Notes under the pieces: model-generated
The model's input: the letters and a program-made list of their open reading frames with translations, nothing else
Databases searched by the model: none
Told to the model about the DNA's origin: nothing
Translations under genes and position numbers: made by a program
From: Thermofilaceae archaeon
Lineage (GTDB): Archaea; Thermoproteota; Thermoprotei; Thermofilales; Thermofilaceae
Assembly (NCBI GenBank): GCA_038861545.1
Contig: JAWCCZ010000005.1
Coordinates: 32,001 to 96,000 of the forward strand
Direction: 5' to 3'
Length of the DNA stretch: 64,000 nt
Part shown: positions 28,731 through 39,271 of the stretch, piece after piece
Numbering within the stretch: position 1 is the stretch's first letter
Layout: each line of letters begins with the position of its first letter

Positions 28731-28847
28731 TTCAAAACAAAATTGAAATTAGCTATTAAATATTTCGCACCAAAATCAAGCAGAAATCTCGACTGTTAAC
28801 TTTATATCTAATGGCAACACTTTTATTAATACGCTCAGACGAGGTCT

Positions 28848-29594
28848 TTGGGGGGGAGATTGTCGGAAAAACCTGAATACGTTGTTGTTGCAGAAGATCT
28901 ACATAAGTACTACCAACTTAGAGGCGAAACTGTTAAGGCGCTTCGTGGAGTAAACCTTAGCATTAAGCACGGAGAATATGTCTCTATCCTAGGTCCTTCA
29001 GGCTCCGGTAAAACCACCCTTTTCAATATGATCGGCGGGCTGGATAAACCTACACAAGGTAAGGTAATTTTAGATGGGCGTGACTTGGCTTCGCTGACTT
29101 CTAGGCAACTAGCATGGGTGCGTTGTCACAGGATTGGATACATATTCCAAACTTTCAACTTAATTCCTGTACTTACAGCTTTAGATAACGTTGTAGTTCC
29201 GATGATTTTTGCTGGCGTTTCAAGGCGTGATAGAGAGGAGAAAGCAAAGAAACTACTCGAACGTGTTGGCTTAGGTGATAGGGTTTATCATAGACCTACA
29301 GAGTTGAGTGGTGGTCAGCAGCAGAGGGTAGCTATAGCCCGTGCTTTAGCCAACGACCCCGCAATCATCCTAGCAGACGAACCAACTGGAAACCTCGATC
29401 TTCAAACAGGACTCAGAATAGTGCAATTACTTAAAGAGTTAAACGTAGAGAAAGGCGTGACGGTGATAACTGCAACTCATGACCTAAAGATGATTGATGT
29501 AAGTGACAGGATAATCTGGATTAGAGATGGCACGGTTGAACGTGTGGAAGAACGTGCCGCTATAGAGCTAGGGACAGAAGAACTAGAACTATAA
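28848..29594 (+). CDS. ABC transporter ATP-binding protein (LolD/SalX type)
   Basis: GPSGSGKT, LSGGQQQRVAIARAL, DEPTGNLD. Confidence 0.93.
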   Translation: MGGRLSEKPEYVVVAEDLHKYYQLRGETVKALRGVNLSIKHGEYVSILGPSGSGKTTLFNMIGGLDKPTQGKVILDGRDLASLTSRQLAWVRCHRIGYIFQTFNLIPVLTALDNVVVPMIFAGVSRRDREEKAKKLLERVGLGDRVYHRPTELSGGQQQRVAIARALANDPAIILADEPTGNLDLQTGLRIVQLLKELNVEKGVTVITATHDLKMIDVSDRIIWIRDGTVERVEERAAIELGTEELEL

Positions 29595-29595
29595 A

Positions 29596-30135
29596 ATGCT
29601 AGAAAAATTCAACTTAATAGCTTCGACGTATAGGAGGAGGGAACATGATCTACTTAGCGAGTTATGGTATTTTTTGAGAGAACTGGGTGACTATAAAGTA
29701 AAGGCTAGCACCACAGGATTACCTGGTTTGACCGTTTTGCAAACAAGTCTTAACCCGGTAGAAGTAATTGAAACTATAGAGAAAAAAACTGTATCGGAGC
29801 CATGGTACTTCAGGTATCTATTGAAGATAGAGCCTATAGAGAGTTGCGTTAATTCGGATATAGAAGCTATTAAACAAGCAGTGTTAGAACTTGCAGCTGA
29901 AAAAATAAAGAAAACTGACAGTTATAAAATAGAAATTAGAAAGCGGTTAACAAGCATTTCTAGAGATGAAATAATTAATACAATAGCTCCTATTTTTACA
30001 AATAAAGTAAGCTTAGATAACCCCGATAAAATAATACTGATTGAAATTATAGGGTATAGGACGGGGGTAGCCATAATCGAGCCTAAACATATAGTTTCCA
30101 TTCAACGTTTACGCCGTCAAACTGCTCAATTATAA
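29596..30135 (+). CDS. THUMP-domain RNA-binding protein (Tan1-like)
   Basis: YKIEIRKR, KVSLDNPDKIILIEI. Confidence 0.88.
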   Translation: MLEKFNLIASTYRRREHDLLSELWYFLRELGDYKVKASTTGLPGLTVLQTSLNPVEVIETIEKKTVSEPWYFRYLLKIEPIESCVNSDIEAIKQAVLELAAEKIKKTDSYKIEIRKRLTSISRDEIINTIAPIFTNKVSLDNPDKIILIEIIGYRTGVAIIEPKHIVSIQRLRRQTAQL

Positions 30136-30136
30136 A

Positions 30137-30727
30137 TCAACGAGATAAATATTCTAGAGCCATTCTAGATAATAAACATTTTTCGATAGCTTCAAATAAA
30201 TTTTCGGAATATGTAGTCATAATTTCATTTTCACTTATATTTAACATTCTTTGAATAAGTTTCAATTTCTCATCTGAACAAACATATTTTACTACTTTTA
30301 AGTTTAATGTGTTAGTTATTTTATTCATTCTTTCTAATAATTTATTCAAATCATAGTCACTATCTACTAACAAAACTTGGTTAAGTCCATTGACAGGTTG
30401 ACAAATAGATAGAGCTTTCGATATATCATTGGTTGCAGCAATAAAGAGCATAACTTCAATGTGAAAAGTTCGTGCGACATTGCGTTTTTTCTCGTAAGTT
30501 TTCAGTGCATAAGCCATCGCTATTAAAACATGGCTTATGCTGACAATGGCACTCGGATTTATGACAACTATTCTTGTGCCGTTATTTTGCCTAATAACGT
30601 CGAGTAATTCTTCAATATGTAGACCTTCTTCCGGCAGGGACAGTAGATATGCGATGACATAGACTTTCTTATCGTTTATTAATGTCGTTAAAAATTCTAT
30701 ATTATTACTATTAGTATTTATCACCAT
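30137..30727 (-). CDS. cgi121: KEOPS subunit Cgi121
   Basis: SHVLIA..YAL....RNVARTFHIEVMLFIAATNDISKAL; LLSRMAL at the end. Confidence 0.8.
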   Translation of the reverse strand: MVINTNSNNIEFLTTLINDKKVYVIAYLLSLPEEGLHIEELLDVIRQNNGTRIVVINPSAIVSISHVLIAMAYALKTYEKKRNVARTFHIEVMLFIAATNDISKALSICQPVNGLNQVLLVDSDYDLNKLLERMNKITNTLNLKVVKYVCSDEKLKLIQRMLNISENEIMTTYSENLFEAIEKCLLSRMALEYLSR

Positions 30728-31859
30728 ACACTTTTTCCAAATTTTTTAGTTCATATAGAGCACCCTCGATGTCTGCAGGTAGACCAAGTGCTTTCGCTTC
30801 TAAACCCATCGCGCATATGAGGGCCATTAATTCCCTTAAGGGCATCCATCCCATTACACCAATACGAATAATTGAATCTTTTAATCTACCTAAACCGCCG
30901 GCTATTTGTATATTGTATACTTCAGCCAGCTTCTTTCTGAACGTTTGCGGATTAACATTAGTAGGGATTTTAAATGATAAAACTGTTCTCGACCTATACG
31001 GCTCTTTTACAAAAGGCTTGAAACCAAGCATCTCGAAGGCCTTATAAAGTGATGGAGATCTTTCAACATGTAATCGAACCCATTTATTTATTCCAAAATT
31101 GATGATTTTAACTAAAGCTGAATTTAGCGAAGAAAGTAGCGTTACAGCAGGAGTAAATGGAGTCTCAGATCGTTTTGAATACTCCAAGTACCTGTTAATA
31201 TCAAAGTAGGAAGTTTTAGCGCTTCTCAGGGAGGAAATAGCATCGTTGCTTAAAACTATAAATGATATTCCTGGGGGAGCAGATAAACATTTCTGGGACG
31301 CCCCGGCTAGGGCGTCAATACCCCATTCTTCTATCTTTAACTCATCGCCTCCCACAGCTGATACCGCGTCAACGAGAGTTAAGATACCTTTGGATTTAGC
31401 TTCCCTACAAAGCTCGCTGATGTAGCTAAGCCTAACACCAGGAGAAGTATCATTGTATACCATTGCTATCAAATCCGGCTTAAAATAATCCATCTGCTGC
31501 AGAACGGTATCTAAACTTGGCGCTGAGCCGGATTCAGCGGCAACTATAGAAACTTCTGAACCATACATCTTCAAAGCTTCAGCGAATCTGCTGCTGAATT
31601 CCCCTGTTGCCGGTACTAGAGCTTTACGGCTCGGACCAAAATTGGCAGCTAATGCTTCAACAGCTCCTGTACCTGAGGCCGTAAAAAGTATAATTGTATT
31701 GCTGGTCCCAAGTAAAGTTCTGAGATTGCTTACAAGTTCTTCATATAATTTATGAAAACTTTCAGATCTATGATTGATCACGGGTTTCGCTGACTCTAAT
31801 AGTATATCGTAGGCTACATTTACAGGACCTGGTATGAAGAGGATGTCCTCCCAGCCCAT
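30711..31859 (-). CDS. Class V PLP aminotransferase (serine-pyruvate/aspartate type)
   Basis: FIPGPV, SGTGAVE, VDAVS, ASQKCL.APPG, PFTP, IRIGVMG. Confidence 0.92.
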   Translation of the reverse strand: MGWEDILFIPGPVNVAYDILLESAKPVINHRSESFHKLYEELVSNLRTLLGTSNTIILFTASGTGAVEALAANFGPSRKALVPATGEFSSRFAEALKMYGSEVSIVAAESGSAPSLDTVLQQMDYFKPDLIAMVYNDTSPGVRLSYISELCREAKSKGILTLVDAVSAVGGDELKIEEWGIDALAGASQKCLSAPPGISFIVLSNDAISSLRSAKTSYFDINRYLEYSKRSETPFTPAVTLLSSLNSALVKIINFGINKWVRLHVERSPSLYKAFEMLGFKPFVKEPYRSRTVLSFKIPTNVNPQTFRKKLAEVYNIQIAGGLGRLKDSIIRIGVMGWMPLRELMALICAMGLEAKALGLPADIEGALYELKNLEKVYGDKY

Positions 31860-31990
31860 GTTAATTACTCTAAATCCACTTCTATTTTTTCTTTTATTTG
31901 GTACTTACACTGCATTACATATTGCTCTAGCCCCAATGTACTCAGAAGAGAACCAAACTATTAAGCAAGGTTTTTACACTAACCTTTATT

Positions 31991-32798
31991 GTGGATAAAA
32001 GACCTGTAATAACTTTGCTTACGGGCTTCGGCTACAAGGATCACTACGTTGCCGCGGTGAAAGGCGTAATTTTATCTATTTGTCCTGAGGCTAACATTAC
32101 TGATATCACTCACAATATACCAAAGTTTGACATACTAACTGCATAGTATTAAGAGCAGCTATACAATACTTTCCTGTTGGAAATATTCATGTAGCTGTCG
32201 TCGACCCGGGAGTAGACACACCTAGAAAAGAAATTCTTTTCAGAGCTAGAAACTATATATTGGTTGGACCTGACAATGGTATGTTAACCCTAGCAGTTGT
32301 GCGAGATGGTATTAAAGAGGTTAGAATGATTGAAAATCTTAAATTAACTTTTTTGAAAATATAGCATACCTTCCATGGACGAGAAATTTTGCTCCCGTAG
32401 CAGCACATCTGGCTAGAGGTGTACCTCTGGTTGAAGTGAGTAGAGCCATTAACGAGATAAAACTATCAAGTTTTACGAAAACACTCGTTAAGGGAAAAAC
32501 CATTAAAGGTGAAGTATTTTATGTTGATGAATTCGGAAATATTGTATTTTAAACATTGAAGAAGAGCTTCTCCATGAAGTCGAGATAGGTTGTAATACCC
32601 TTCTCTATGCGGTTTTTCGGGTCAACCACTTTAAAACTAAAATTATTGCCTTCCTATGGCTATGCAAAAGAGGGGGGCCCGCTATTGTTAATTAACAGTG
32701 AAGGTTTTCTGGAATTGGCAGTAAACAAAGGCAATGCTGCAAAAATATTTGGATTACGGCCAGGAGTTAAAGTAAATTATAGTAAATGTGTTTCCTAA
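31991..32798 (+). pseudogene. Decayed SAM hydroxide adenosyltransferase (DUF62, chlorinase/fluorinase family)
   Basis: Motifs ITLLTGFG..D.YV..VKGVI, DITH, VVDPGV, GPDNG, TFHGRE, FAPVAAHL, VDEFGN and NSEGFLELAVNKGNA are spread over several frames with at least 3 frameshifts and an in-frame TAG. Confidence 0.9.
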
Positions 32799-32871
32799 GG
32801 GGCATTCCAGGGTTACGGACAACTGTAGAAAAACTTAATGGCACCTCGCAGAACGTAGATCACGTGAGCGA

Positions 32872-33933
32872 CTAAGGTCTAAACCCTATGCCATCTACAA
32901 CGACTTTTACCGCTGTATTTAATCTCTCAAACGCATACTTTGAGCCGGTTAACAGGTTACACAACCAAAGAGCGGTTTCAGCATGGCTCGTTATCCCGCT
33001 GGCTATCACAGAAGACCGGCCTTTAGCTAATGACATGTATATAATAATATTATCTAATGCGTGGGAATCCACTAGAGCCTTTGACTTGAGAGCAGCGACT
33101 AGTTTTTCAGCAGCTTCGCGACCAACAGTTTCGGCCTTTTTGTTTTTTTCACCGAGCGAGTCGCCACCTACAAGCCCATGGTCAAATTTTGCCCATAATA
33201 CAATCCCGCTACCTATGCCCACAGCAGGGGTATCGATATCAATTGTAATTTCTCGTAAATATTCTCCATATCCCTTTTGTTTTAAATACTCAATAGCGGC
33301 TTTAGCTTGCCTCTCAGCTACGTGGCTGGGTAAGTTGGAGGAATAGGATATTCCTTCAATTGTTAGAAATTCTCCTCTACTCTCAAGTGATACCGGCGTT
33401 AACGGGTAAGAGGGGGTAGCCTTTACTTCAACTAACCCTCCTCCTTGAGGATAATAGCCTAACCTGTGAACTTTTAACTCAACTTTAACACCAAAATTTT
33501 CCAGAAGAGGGAAAAGAACATTTTGCATGTATTGAATCGGTGGAGCCCATTTAACATTCGTGCCGCCTTTAACTCTAAGTGTCAATTCACCTTTTGCCGC
33601 GATCAAGACGGGGAGTATAGCCTGGAGTAGAAGAGAAACACTACCTGCTGTTCCAATATCCACCTCATAGCTACCGCTTTTAGGTTTACCAGCCGGTTCT
33701 ACTAATATCTCTGAGGATCCTATGAATAAGCCATTAACTTTGGCTCCTATGAGACCCGCTATAACCTTCACTGCAGTTAAGTGTTGAGCACGTAAGCCAG
33801 GATTGGATCTCTTCGCTCTAACGTTATAAACTCTAACTTTTTTGCCGAGTAAAGCGGCTAAAGCTACACTGTATCTAAGTAATTGACCGCCGCCTTCACC
33901 ATAGGAGCCATCAATTTCTATAATCTCCATCAT
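32872..33933 (-). CDS. rtcA: RNA 3'-terminal phosphate cyclase
   Basis: IDGSYGEGGGQ, PGLRAQH, GGTNV..APP, GYYPQGGG, TSHAET. Confidence 0.96.
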   Translation of the reverse strand: MMEIIEIDGSYGEGGGQLLRYSVALAALLGKKVRVYNVRAKRSNPGLRAQHLTAVKVIAGLIGAKVNGLFIGSSEILVEPAGKPKSGSYEVDIGTAGSVSLLLQAILPVLIAAKGELTLRVKGGTNVKWAPPIQYMQNVLFPLLENFGVKVELKVHRLGYYPQGGGLVEVKATPSYPLTPVSLESRGEFLTIEGISYSSNLPSHVAERQAKAAIEYLKQKGYGEYLREITIDIDTPAVGIGSGIVLWAKFDHGLVGGDSLGEKNKKAETVGREAAEKLVAALKSKALVDSHALDNIIIYMSLAKGRSSVIASGITSHAETALWLCNLLTGSKYAFERLNTAVKVVVDGIGFRP

Positions 33934-33961
33934 GCCTCTAGACTGTTAGATACCGACTCTA

Positions 33962-34546
33962 CTAAAAATCCTTCTTTTCAATCATCTGCTTTGTTAGAAA
34001 AATTCTTTGCAATACTGTTAACGTTGTTAACATTAAAATAATTAAACATACCACTCCTCCAGCTACCTTACTAAAGTGGGCTACTGTTAAAGCAATAACT
34101 TTCGAAACTACTCGCTCTCCTCTTTCCATCAATCCTTTACCCCTCAGTTCAAACCCTAATCCCTCAGCTCTTGCTCTTGTGTAGCTAACTAGAAACTCTG
34201 CAGTAAGCAAGGCCAATGTCATTTCTGGGGACATCAACCCACTAACCATAAGTGCTAACGTATATATTGCATCACATACTCTATCAGTAGTTGAGTCGAG
34301 AAAAGCCCCGAACTTTGTAACTATATTCTTTTTCCTAGCAACATAGCCATCAAGCGAATCAAATACTCCTGAAAGAGTTATTACCCCGGCTGTGATCATA
34401 GGATCTACACTGTAATAGGCTGTGAGAAGAGCAAATATTGATATAAGTAATGCCAGCAACGTAATCGCATTTGGTTCTAACGGTACCCTATCACCTATCA
34501 ACCTTTCTAATGCTTGTTCTACCAGCTTTCTATACTTTTCCAACAT
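33962..34546 (-). CDS. CDP-alcohol phosphatidyltransferase (archaetidylinositol phosphate synthase-like)
   Basis: PNAIT, DSLDGYVAR..T.FGAFLDSTTDRVCD, SYTRARAE, ERGER. Confidence 0.9.
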   Translation of the reverse strand: MLEKYRKLVEQALERLIGDRVPLEPNAITLLALLISIFALLTAYYSVDPMITAGVITLSGVFDSLDGYVARKKNIVTKFGAFLDSTTDRVCDAIYTLALMVSGLMSPEMTLALLTAEFLVSYTRARAEGLGFELRGKGLMERGERVVSKVIALTVAHFSKVAGGVVCLIILMLTTLTVLQRIFLTKQMIEKKDF

Positions 34547-34904
34547 CTATGCTTCCCTTACGTGCTTGGAGTAAGAGAATAGCCTGTGCTAGATCGCCTC
34601 CCACCTCTTGCAAAGCTTTCCTAGCTTCTTCTATGCTAACACCTGCCTGCTCTGCTACGAGGCTAATATCTTCCTCTGAAAATTCCTCTGTAGCTTCTTC
34701 CTTTTTGATTATTTCGACTTCTCGTCCTGTTACTTGGTATATTTTTTCTCCCTGTACCTCTAGCACCATTACTTTGGGCTCTTCGATTATCAATTCTTTA
34801 TTATCAGATATTACTATTATCACTTTCTCGCAAAAAATTTCTTGCATTTTAACTCCCATTCTTCTCATTAATCTTTCATATTCTCTCGGCGAGATCCTTC
34901 GCAA
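34530..34904 (-). CDS. nac: Nascent polypeptide-associated complex protein
   Basis: RMMG-like N terminus, YQVTG, C-terminal UBA (EEDISLVAEQAGVS.EEA..AL...GGDLAQAI). Confidence 0.92.
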   Translation of the reverse strand: MRRISPREYERLMRRMGVKMQEIFCEKVIIVISDNKELIIEEPKVMVLEVQGEKIYQVTGREVEIIKKEEATEEFSEEDISLVAEQAGVSIEEARKALQEVGGDLAQAILLLQARKGSIDVGKV

Positions 34905-35622
34905 TTTTCCTCACCCCACCGAGGATGGCCTCTCCCAGCTCAATAATTCTTTCTTTGGCTACTAGAGAAGCTACGCGCCCCCCTAGATCATCAACGACGT
35001 CTGCTCTATCTATGAGAACTGAATCGCTTGTCGCTATAGCGTATTCTTCATGTAGCCGAATGAGATAATTATCTGCGCTAGCATTTGTTAAAGCTTTACC
35101 CTCAAGTCCCAGTTTCTTTAAAAGCCTCTCCACCAGTAAGGCAAACTCGCCGCTTCGGCTAACCTGAGAATCGAATACAATTATCAGTTTACCGGGTTGA
35201 ACAATCTTGTATACGTACATGAGTAAAACATACAGAGAGGTATATAGGAGTGGACTAATCCTTACCTTCCTGATAGTGGTTGCCAAGTCCCGCACAAATC
35301 CATCGCTGGCATGCAAGAGGGTGTCGCCGATAAGAGCTGATTGAACTGTTGAGAGAACGTTGAAACCATCGATGGCAAGCATATCTCCTTTGCATTCCTT
35401 TAACTTTCTTCTTCTCATAAAAGAAGTAACTGAGTCGAAAACAGTCCTATAGAGAGCAACCCTCTCTACTCTGCTTAAATGCCAACGAGCAGTTACTGCA
35501 TCAAGAGCCACCTTACGGTTATAGCCCCTCTCCAACAACCAGAAGAAGTCAATCCCAGCATTAACTAGATCACTGGAAAACTTTAGATTTATTCGACTAA
35601 AATTTTCATCTAAATAGTGCAT
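34876..35622 (-). CDS. DUF434-domain protein (PIN/NYN-like)
   Basis: LLERGY, IDGFNVL, DGFVRDL, VSRSGE, ATSDS. Confidence 0.8.
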   Translation of the reverse strand: MHYLDENFSRINLKFSSDLVNAGIDFFWLLERGYNRKVALDAVTARWHLSRVERVALYRTVFDSVTSFMRRRKLKECKGDMLAIDGFNVLSTVQSALIGDTLLHASDGFVRDLATTIRKVRISPLLYTSLYVLLMYVYKIVQPGKLIIVFDSQVSRSGEFALLVERLLKKLGLEGKALTNASADNYLIRLHEEYAIATSDSVLIDRADVVDDLGGRVASLVAKERIIELGEAILGGVRKIAKDLAERI

Positions 35623-38320
35623 TTTTCAGAGCTGTAACGAACGCTTCCACGTTTTCGACTTTACCTGTGACCAAATCGCTTACACCGCCTCCTTTACCCC
35701 CTGTAACCTTCAAAACTCGTTTGTTTACCTCTCTAGCATCTATACCCTTGTAGACCAATTCATTCCCAATTTTAATTACATAATCTCTACTGTTCTTATC
35801 CACTAAACCAATAACCGCTGATGGTAAGACTCTGGAAACTTCAAGCGCTAACTCTCTGACATCGTAGCCATCTACTACTTTAGCCACCAACTTGACACCT
35901 GCCACTTCTTCGGCTAAGCTCGCTAAGGTTTGAGCTTTTGAAGCGAGCAACCTCGCTTTAGTTTTTAAGAGCTCGTTTCTCAGTTGTTCGACTTCACTGG
36001 TTAACTGCTCTACCTTCTCAACGATCTTCTCGGTATTAGTTTTAAGTTTTTCAGCGATAAGATTGAGGCTATCCTCTACCTCCCAGGTATGCTTTAGAGC
36101 TGAATTCCCTACCTTAAACACTAAACGCGAAATCCCATCTTGAAGTCTTTCAACTCTCACTATTTTTATGAGACCTATTTCACCTGTATTAGAGCAGTGT
36201 AGGCCGCCACATGCTTCAATGTCCCAGTCCTCAATTTCCACCAATCTTAACATCGTTTCTGGCACTACACCACCTTGGTATATTGTGAAACCATATTTCA
36301 TTTCAGCTGTGGTTTTATCCATACTGAATATCCTAACCGGTCTATTCGACATAACTACCATATTAGCTAACTTTTCTATTAATCGCATTTCATCTCTGCT
36401 AATTTTTTTATGATGAGTAATATCGAGCCTACTTTGATCAACTCCTTTCTGAGCTCCGGTTTGCCAAACGTGTCTACCTAGAACCCTTCTAGCACTTCCT
36501 AATATTATATGGGTCGCGGTGTGACTTTTCATCAATGCTTCTCTCCGTTCATTATCCACTTTACCTTTCACAGTTTCACCCGGCAGAGGTATAACCCCAT
36601 CGCATACATGAATTACAATACCACCAAAGTTCACTACTTTTAGAACTCTACATGTACCACCTTTCCACTCAATGATTCCCTCATCGTGAAGCTGTCCACC
36701 TCCTTCTGGATAAAAACTTGTTTGATTTAGAACTACGAAATTTTCATCAGATTTTAGTACTTTTGCTTCGAATTCCAACATTTTAGGATTTATATAGTAA
36801 AGTTTAACTGTATTTGGTAGACCTTTCGTAAAGGCTCGGATTTTTTCATCTATTTCTATAGGTTTTTTAGCTACAATCTCATGTTTAGAGGCTAATAATG
36901 AAAAGAAGTCCGGAGGTATGTTAACATGTACCCCAAATTTCATAGCTTCTTCTGCCACTAAATCCGGGGGAATCCCATGAGATTCATACAACTCGACGAG
37001 CTTCTCTTGGGATACCTCTATTGCGCCCTTTGAAGTTAGTTCCTTAAACATTCTTTCAGCTGCTTTCTTCCCATGATTCAAGGTTTCTCTGTATCTTTTC
37101 TCTTCGTAATCAATAATATCTGCTATTTCATCCTTCAAGTCGATATACTCGGGAAAATCGTTTTTCCATTCACTCAATTGCATTAAAGTAATTTCTGAAA
37201 GAGGTAACTCTAATCCTAGCTTCCACAGATGCCTAAGTGCTCTCCTGATTAAAAGCCTGGCCAAGTAGCCTGAACCCACATTTGAAGGCACTGTGCCGTC
37301 ACCAAGCATCCACAGTATAGTCCTACTATGGTCGACTAAAGCATAAAGCGAACTATAGGGAGCCAGAATTTTCTCTAATTCGTTTCTATCCATACTCAAG
37401 CTACATGCTATTTCATTTAACGTAACCAATGCGCGCTCAGGTTTCTTGAAATCAAGCTTTCCAGACTTCTTGAAAATTTTCGCTGCAATCTCTTGATCGA
37501 TTTTTTCAATACCGGCTTCACGCCTTAAAGCCTCTACGAGGTTCGGAAAGACGGCGTCATATATTGTTGGAGCTCCACTAAATAGCCAAAGAAATCGTTC
37601 AAGCCCATAACCTGTATCTACAATCCAGTTGTTCATTTCTTTGATAACTCCCTGTTCTAATACCCGGTAATGCATGAAAACTAGTGTTGCTACCTCTAGG
37701 CCTCTAACCAGGACCTCATAATCTTCTCCTGCGTTTCCTCCGCCACTCCACCAATCAAATTTGTAGGTAATTTCTTCGCCGGGGATCTTAAACTCTTCAG
37801 TAAATAATTTGTATGAGTATTCTACTGTTTCATTGGCCCAATAGAGTATTTTCCCTAGCATATTGAATGCATGATGTGCCATCATCTCAAAACCCGTGAG
37901 ATGCCTTCCAGTTTTACCTACATTATCTACATCCGTCAGCCTTATGCTGGGTTGAGAAATTACTAACGGATTAGCGGGGGGTTCAACTAAACCTTCTGTT
38001 ACCCATGGTTGAAAATCATAAATTGATGCTCCTACTAAATATACATCCTCCCTCCACCTTGCTACTACTGGATACCTGCGTATACGTCTGTGTCCATTAC
38101 GTTCAAAAAAATTTAAAAAACATTCTCTAATCTCTTTAGAATTGGAAATGTTTAAACCAACAGGGTTACCTATAAACTGGTAATCGGTACATGGTTGATC
38201 TCCACATACTTTCCTTTCAGAATCTAGAGTCCAAAAATTGCTACCACAGACGATGCATCTTTTCAGTATAAATCCTTCCTGTTTGAAAAACGGAAGCTTC
38301 AAGAATTCCTCCTTGTTCAC
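35606..38320 (-). CDS. alaS: Alanyl-tRNA synthetase
   Basis: YPVVARWR, GASIYDFQP, GRHLTGFEM, DTGYGLER, editing-domain HTATH and CGGLH. Confidence 0.98.
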   Translation of the reverse strand: MNKEEFLKLPFFKQEGFILKRCIVCGSNFWTLDSERKVCGDQPCTDYQFIGNPVGLNISNSKEIRECFLNFFERNGHRRIRRYPVVARWREDVYLVGASIYDFQPWVTEGLVEPPANPLVISQPSIRLTDVDNVGKTGRHLTGFEMMAHHAFNMLGKILYWANETVEYSYKLFTEEFKIPGEEITYKFDWWSGGGNAGEDYEVLVRGLEVATLVFMHYRVLEQGVIKEMNNWIVDTGYGLERFLWLFSGAPTIYDAVFPNLVEALRREAGIEKIDQEIAAKIFKKSGKLDFKKPERALVTLNEIACSLSMDRNELEKILAPYSSLYALVDHSRTILWMLGDGTVPSNVGSGYLARLLIRRALRHLWKLGLELPLSEITLMQLSEWKNDFPEYIDLKDEIADIIDYEEKRYRETLNHGKKAAERMFKELTSKGAIEVSQEKLVELYESHGIPPDLVAEEAMKFGVHVNIPPDFFSLLASKHEIVAKKPIEIDEKIRAFTKGLPNTVKLYYINPKMLEFEAKVLKSDENFVVLNQTSFYPEGGGQLHDEGIIEWKGGTCRVLKVVNFGGIVIHVCDGVIPLPGETVKGKVDNERREALMKSHTATHIILGSARRVLGRHVWQTGAQKGVDQSRLDITHHKKISRDEMRLIEKLANMVVMSNRPVRIFSMDKTTAEMKYGFTIYQGGVVPETMLRLVEIEDWDIEACGGLHCSNTGEIGLIKIVRVERLQDGISRLVFKVGNSALKHTWEVEDSLNLIAEKLKTNTEKIVEKVEQLTSEVEQLRNELLKTKARLLASKAQTLASLAEEVAGVKLVAKVVDGYDVRELALEVSRVLPSAVIGLVDKNSRDYVIKIGNELVYKGIDAREVNKRVLKVTGGKGGGVSDLVTGKVENVEAFVTALKNALFR

Positions 38321-38362
38321 TTAATTCCCCCCTCTAAACCCAACAGTGCTATGCCTTTAAGT

Positions 38363-39271
38363 CTAGCTAAACTCCGCTGCACGCATCTTGACCAGATTAT
38401 AGACCACGTTAGCTTCGTTATTTGCACGTGCTAGAACACTTGCAATTAAGTCAGGTATTGGTAATGCAGCAATTACAGCTAGAGAACGGGCTTCCGTATA
38501 GGCTTTTGTTAAAAGTATTGATATAATTTCGCTAACTGGTATACATGCATTAAGAGCTAAGTTGAGAGCATGCGAATGAGCTTCTGCTATTTGCCTTAAA
38601 TAGAGCTCGGGATCCACCTCAATTTCACCTGGTTCTAAGATCCTGCTATCAAGAAATATGGCCTTGATTGGAAGCGAGACTTCTATGGGTTTTAACCCAA
38701 GTTTGCTTAACAGATCAGCTAGCTCTGCCGATATCGATTCTCCCTTCTTCGCGACCGTTGTATCACTTGTAACCCATATAGACCCTTCTTGTATTCTTAC
38801 AGGTATCTTTAACTTGTTAAACAAGCTAATAACAGGACCTGGAGAGAAACCTGTATTTCCGGCTGGAATTATTATATCGCTCGTAGCTATGTCACCAGCT
38901 TTAGCTTGTCTTGTCATTTTATATTCTCTCTTGAGAAAAATTATCAATAAAAATGGATTTTCGTTAGTAAATATTATTCCAATCTGCCCTTTAAGTTTGC
39001 TTTCAATTTTATTAGCAATTTGATCATCAGCAATCCTATCTTTAATAGCCATCAAGAGAAGCGCGTTTTTAATCACTTTGAATGTTGCCCCACGCTCTCT
39101 TAGCTTACGCCTGATACCTTGAAGCGTTTGCGCTGGAATTCCAGTAATATCTACAATCAAAAAGTATGAATTTTGGTTAATTAGATCCGCGTAGACTTTA
39201 ATGGTATTTACTTTGCGTATCGGATAAGTTCTCAACTTCATGGATCCCATTTGTATGCTCATTTTACTCAA
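38363..39271 (-). CDS. rpl10: 50S ribosomal protein L10 (P0), lacking the acidic C-terminal tail
   Basis: KVIKN, NPF, AKAGDIA, GNTG..PGP, LLSKLGLKP. Confidence 0.93.
   Translation of the reverse strand: MSKMSIQMGSMKLRTYPIRKVNTIKVYADLINQNSYFLIVDITGIPAQTLQGIRRKLRERGATFKVIKNALLLMAIKDRIADDQIANKIESKLKGQIGIIFTNENPFLLIIFLKREYKMTRQAKAGDIATSDIIIPAGNTGFSPGPVISLFNKLKIPVRIQEGSIWVTSDTTVAKKGESISAELADLLSKLGLKPIEVSLPIKAIFLDSRILEPGEIEVDPELYLRQIAEAHSHALNLALNACIPVSEIISILLTKAYTEARSLAVIAALPIPDLIASVLARANNEANVVYNLVKMRAAEFS

Noticed and set aside
32607-32798. 63-aa ORF as a stand-alone gene
   Set aside because: It is the last fragment of the DUF62 pseudogene
31991-32798. Programmed frameshifting or stop recoding of the DUF62 gene
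   Set aside because: Too many independent lesions, plus active-site substitutions
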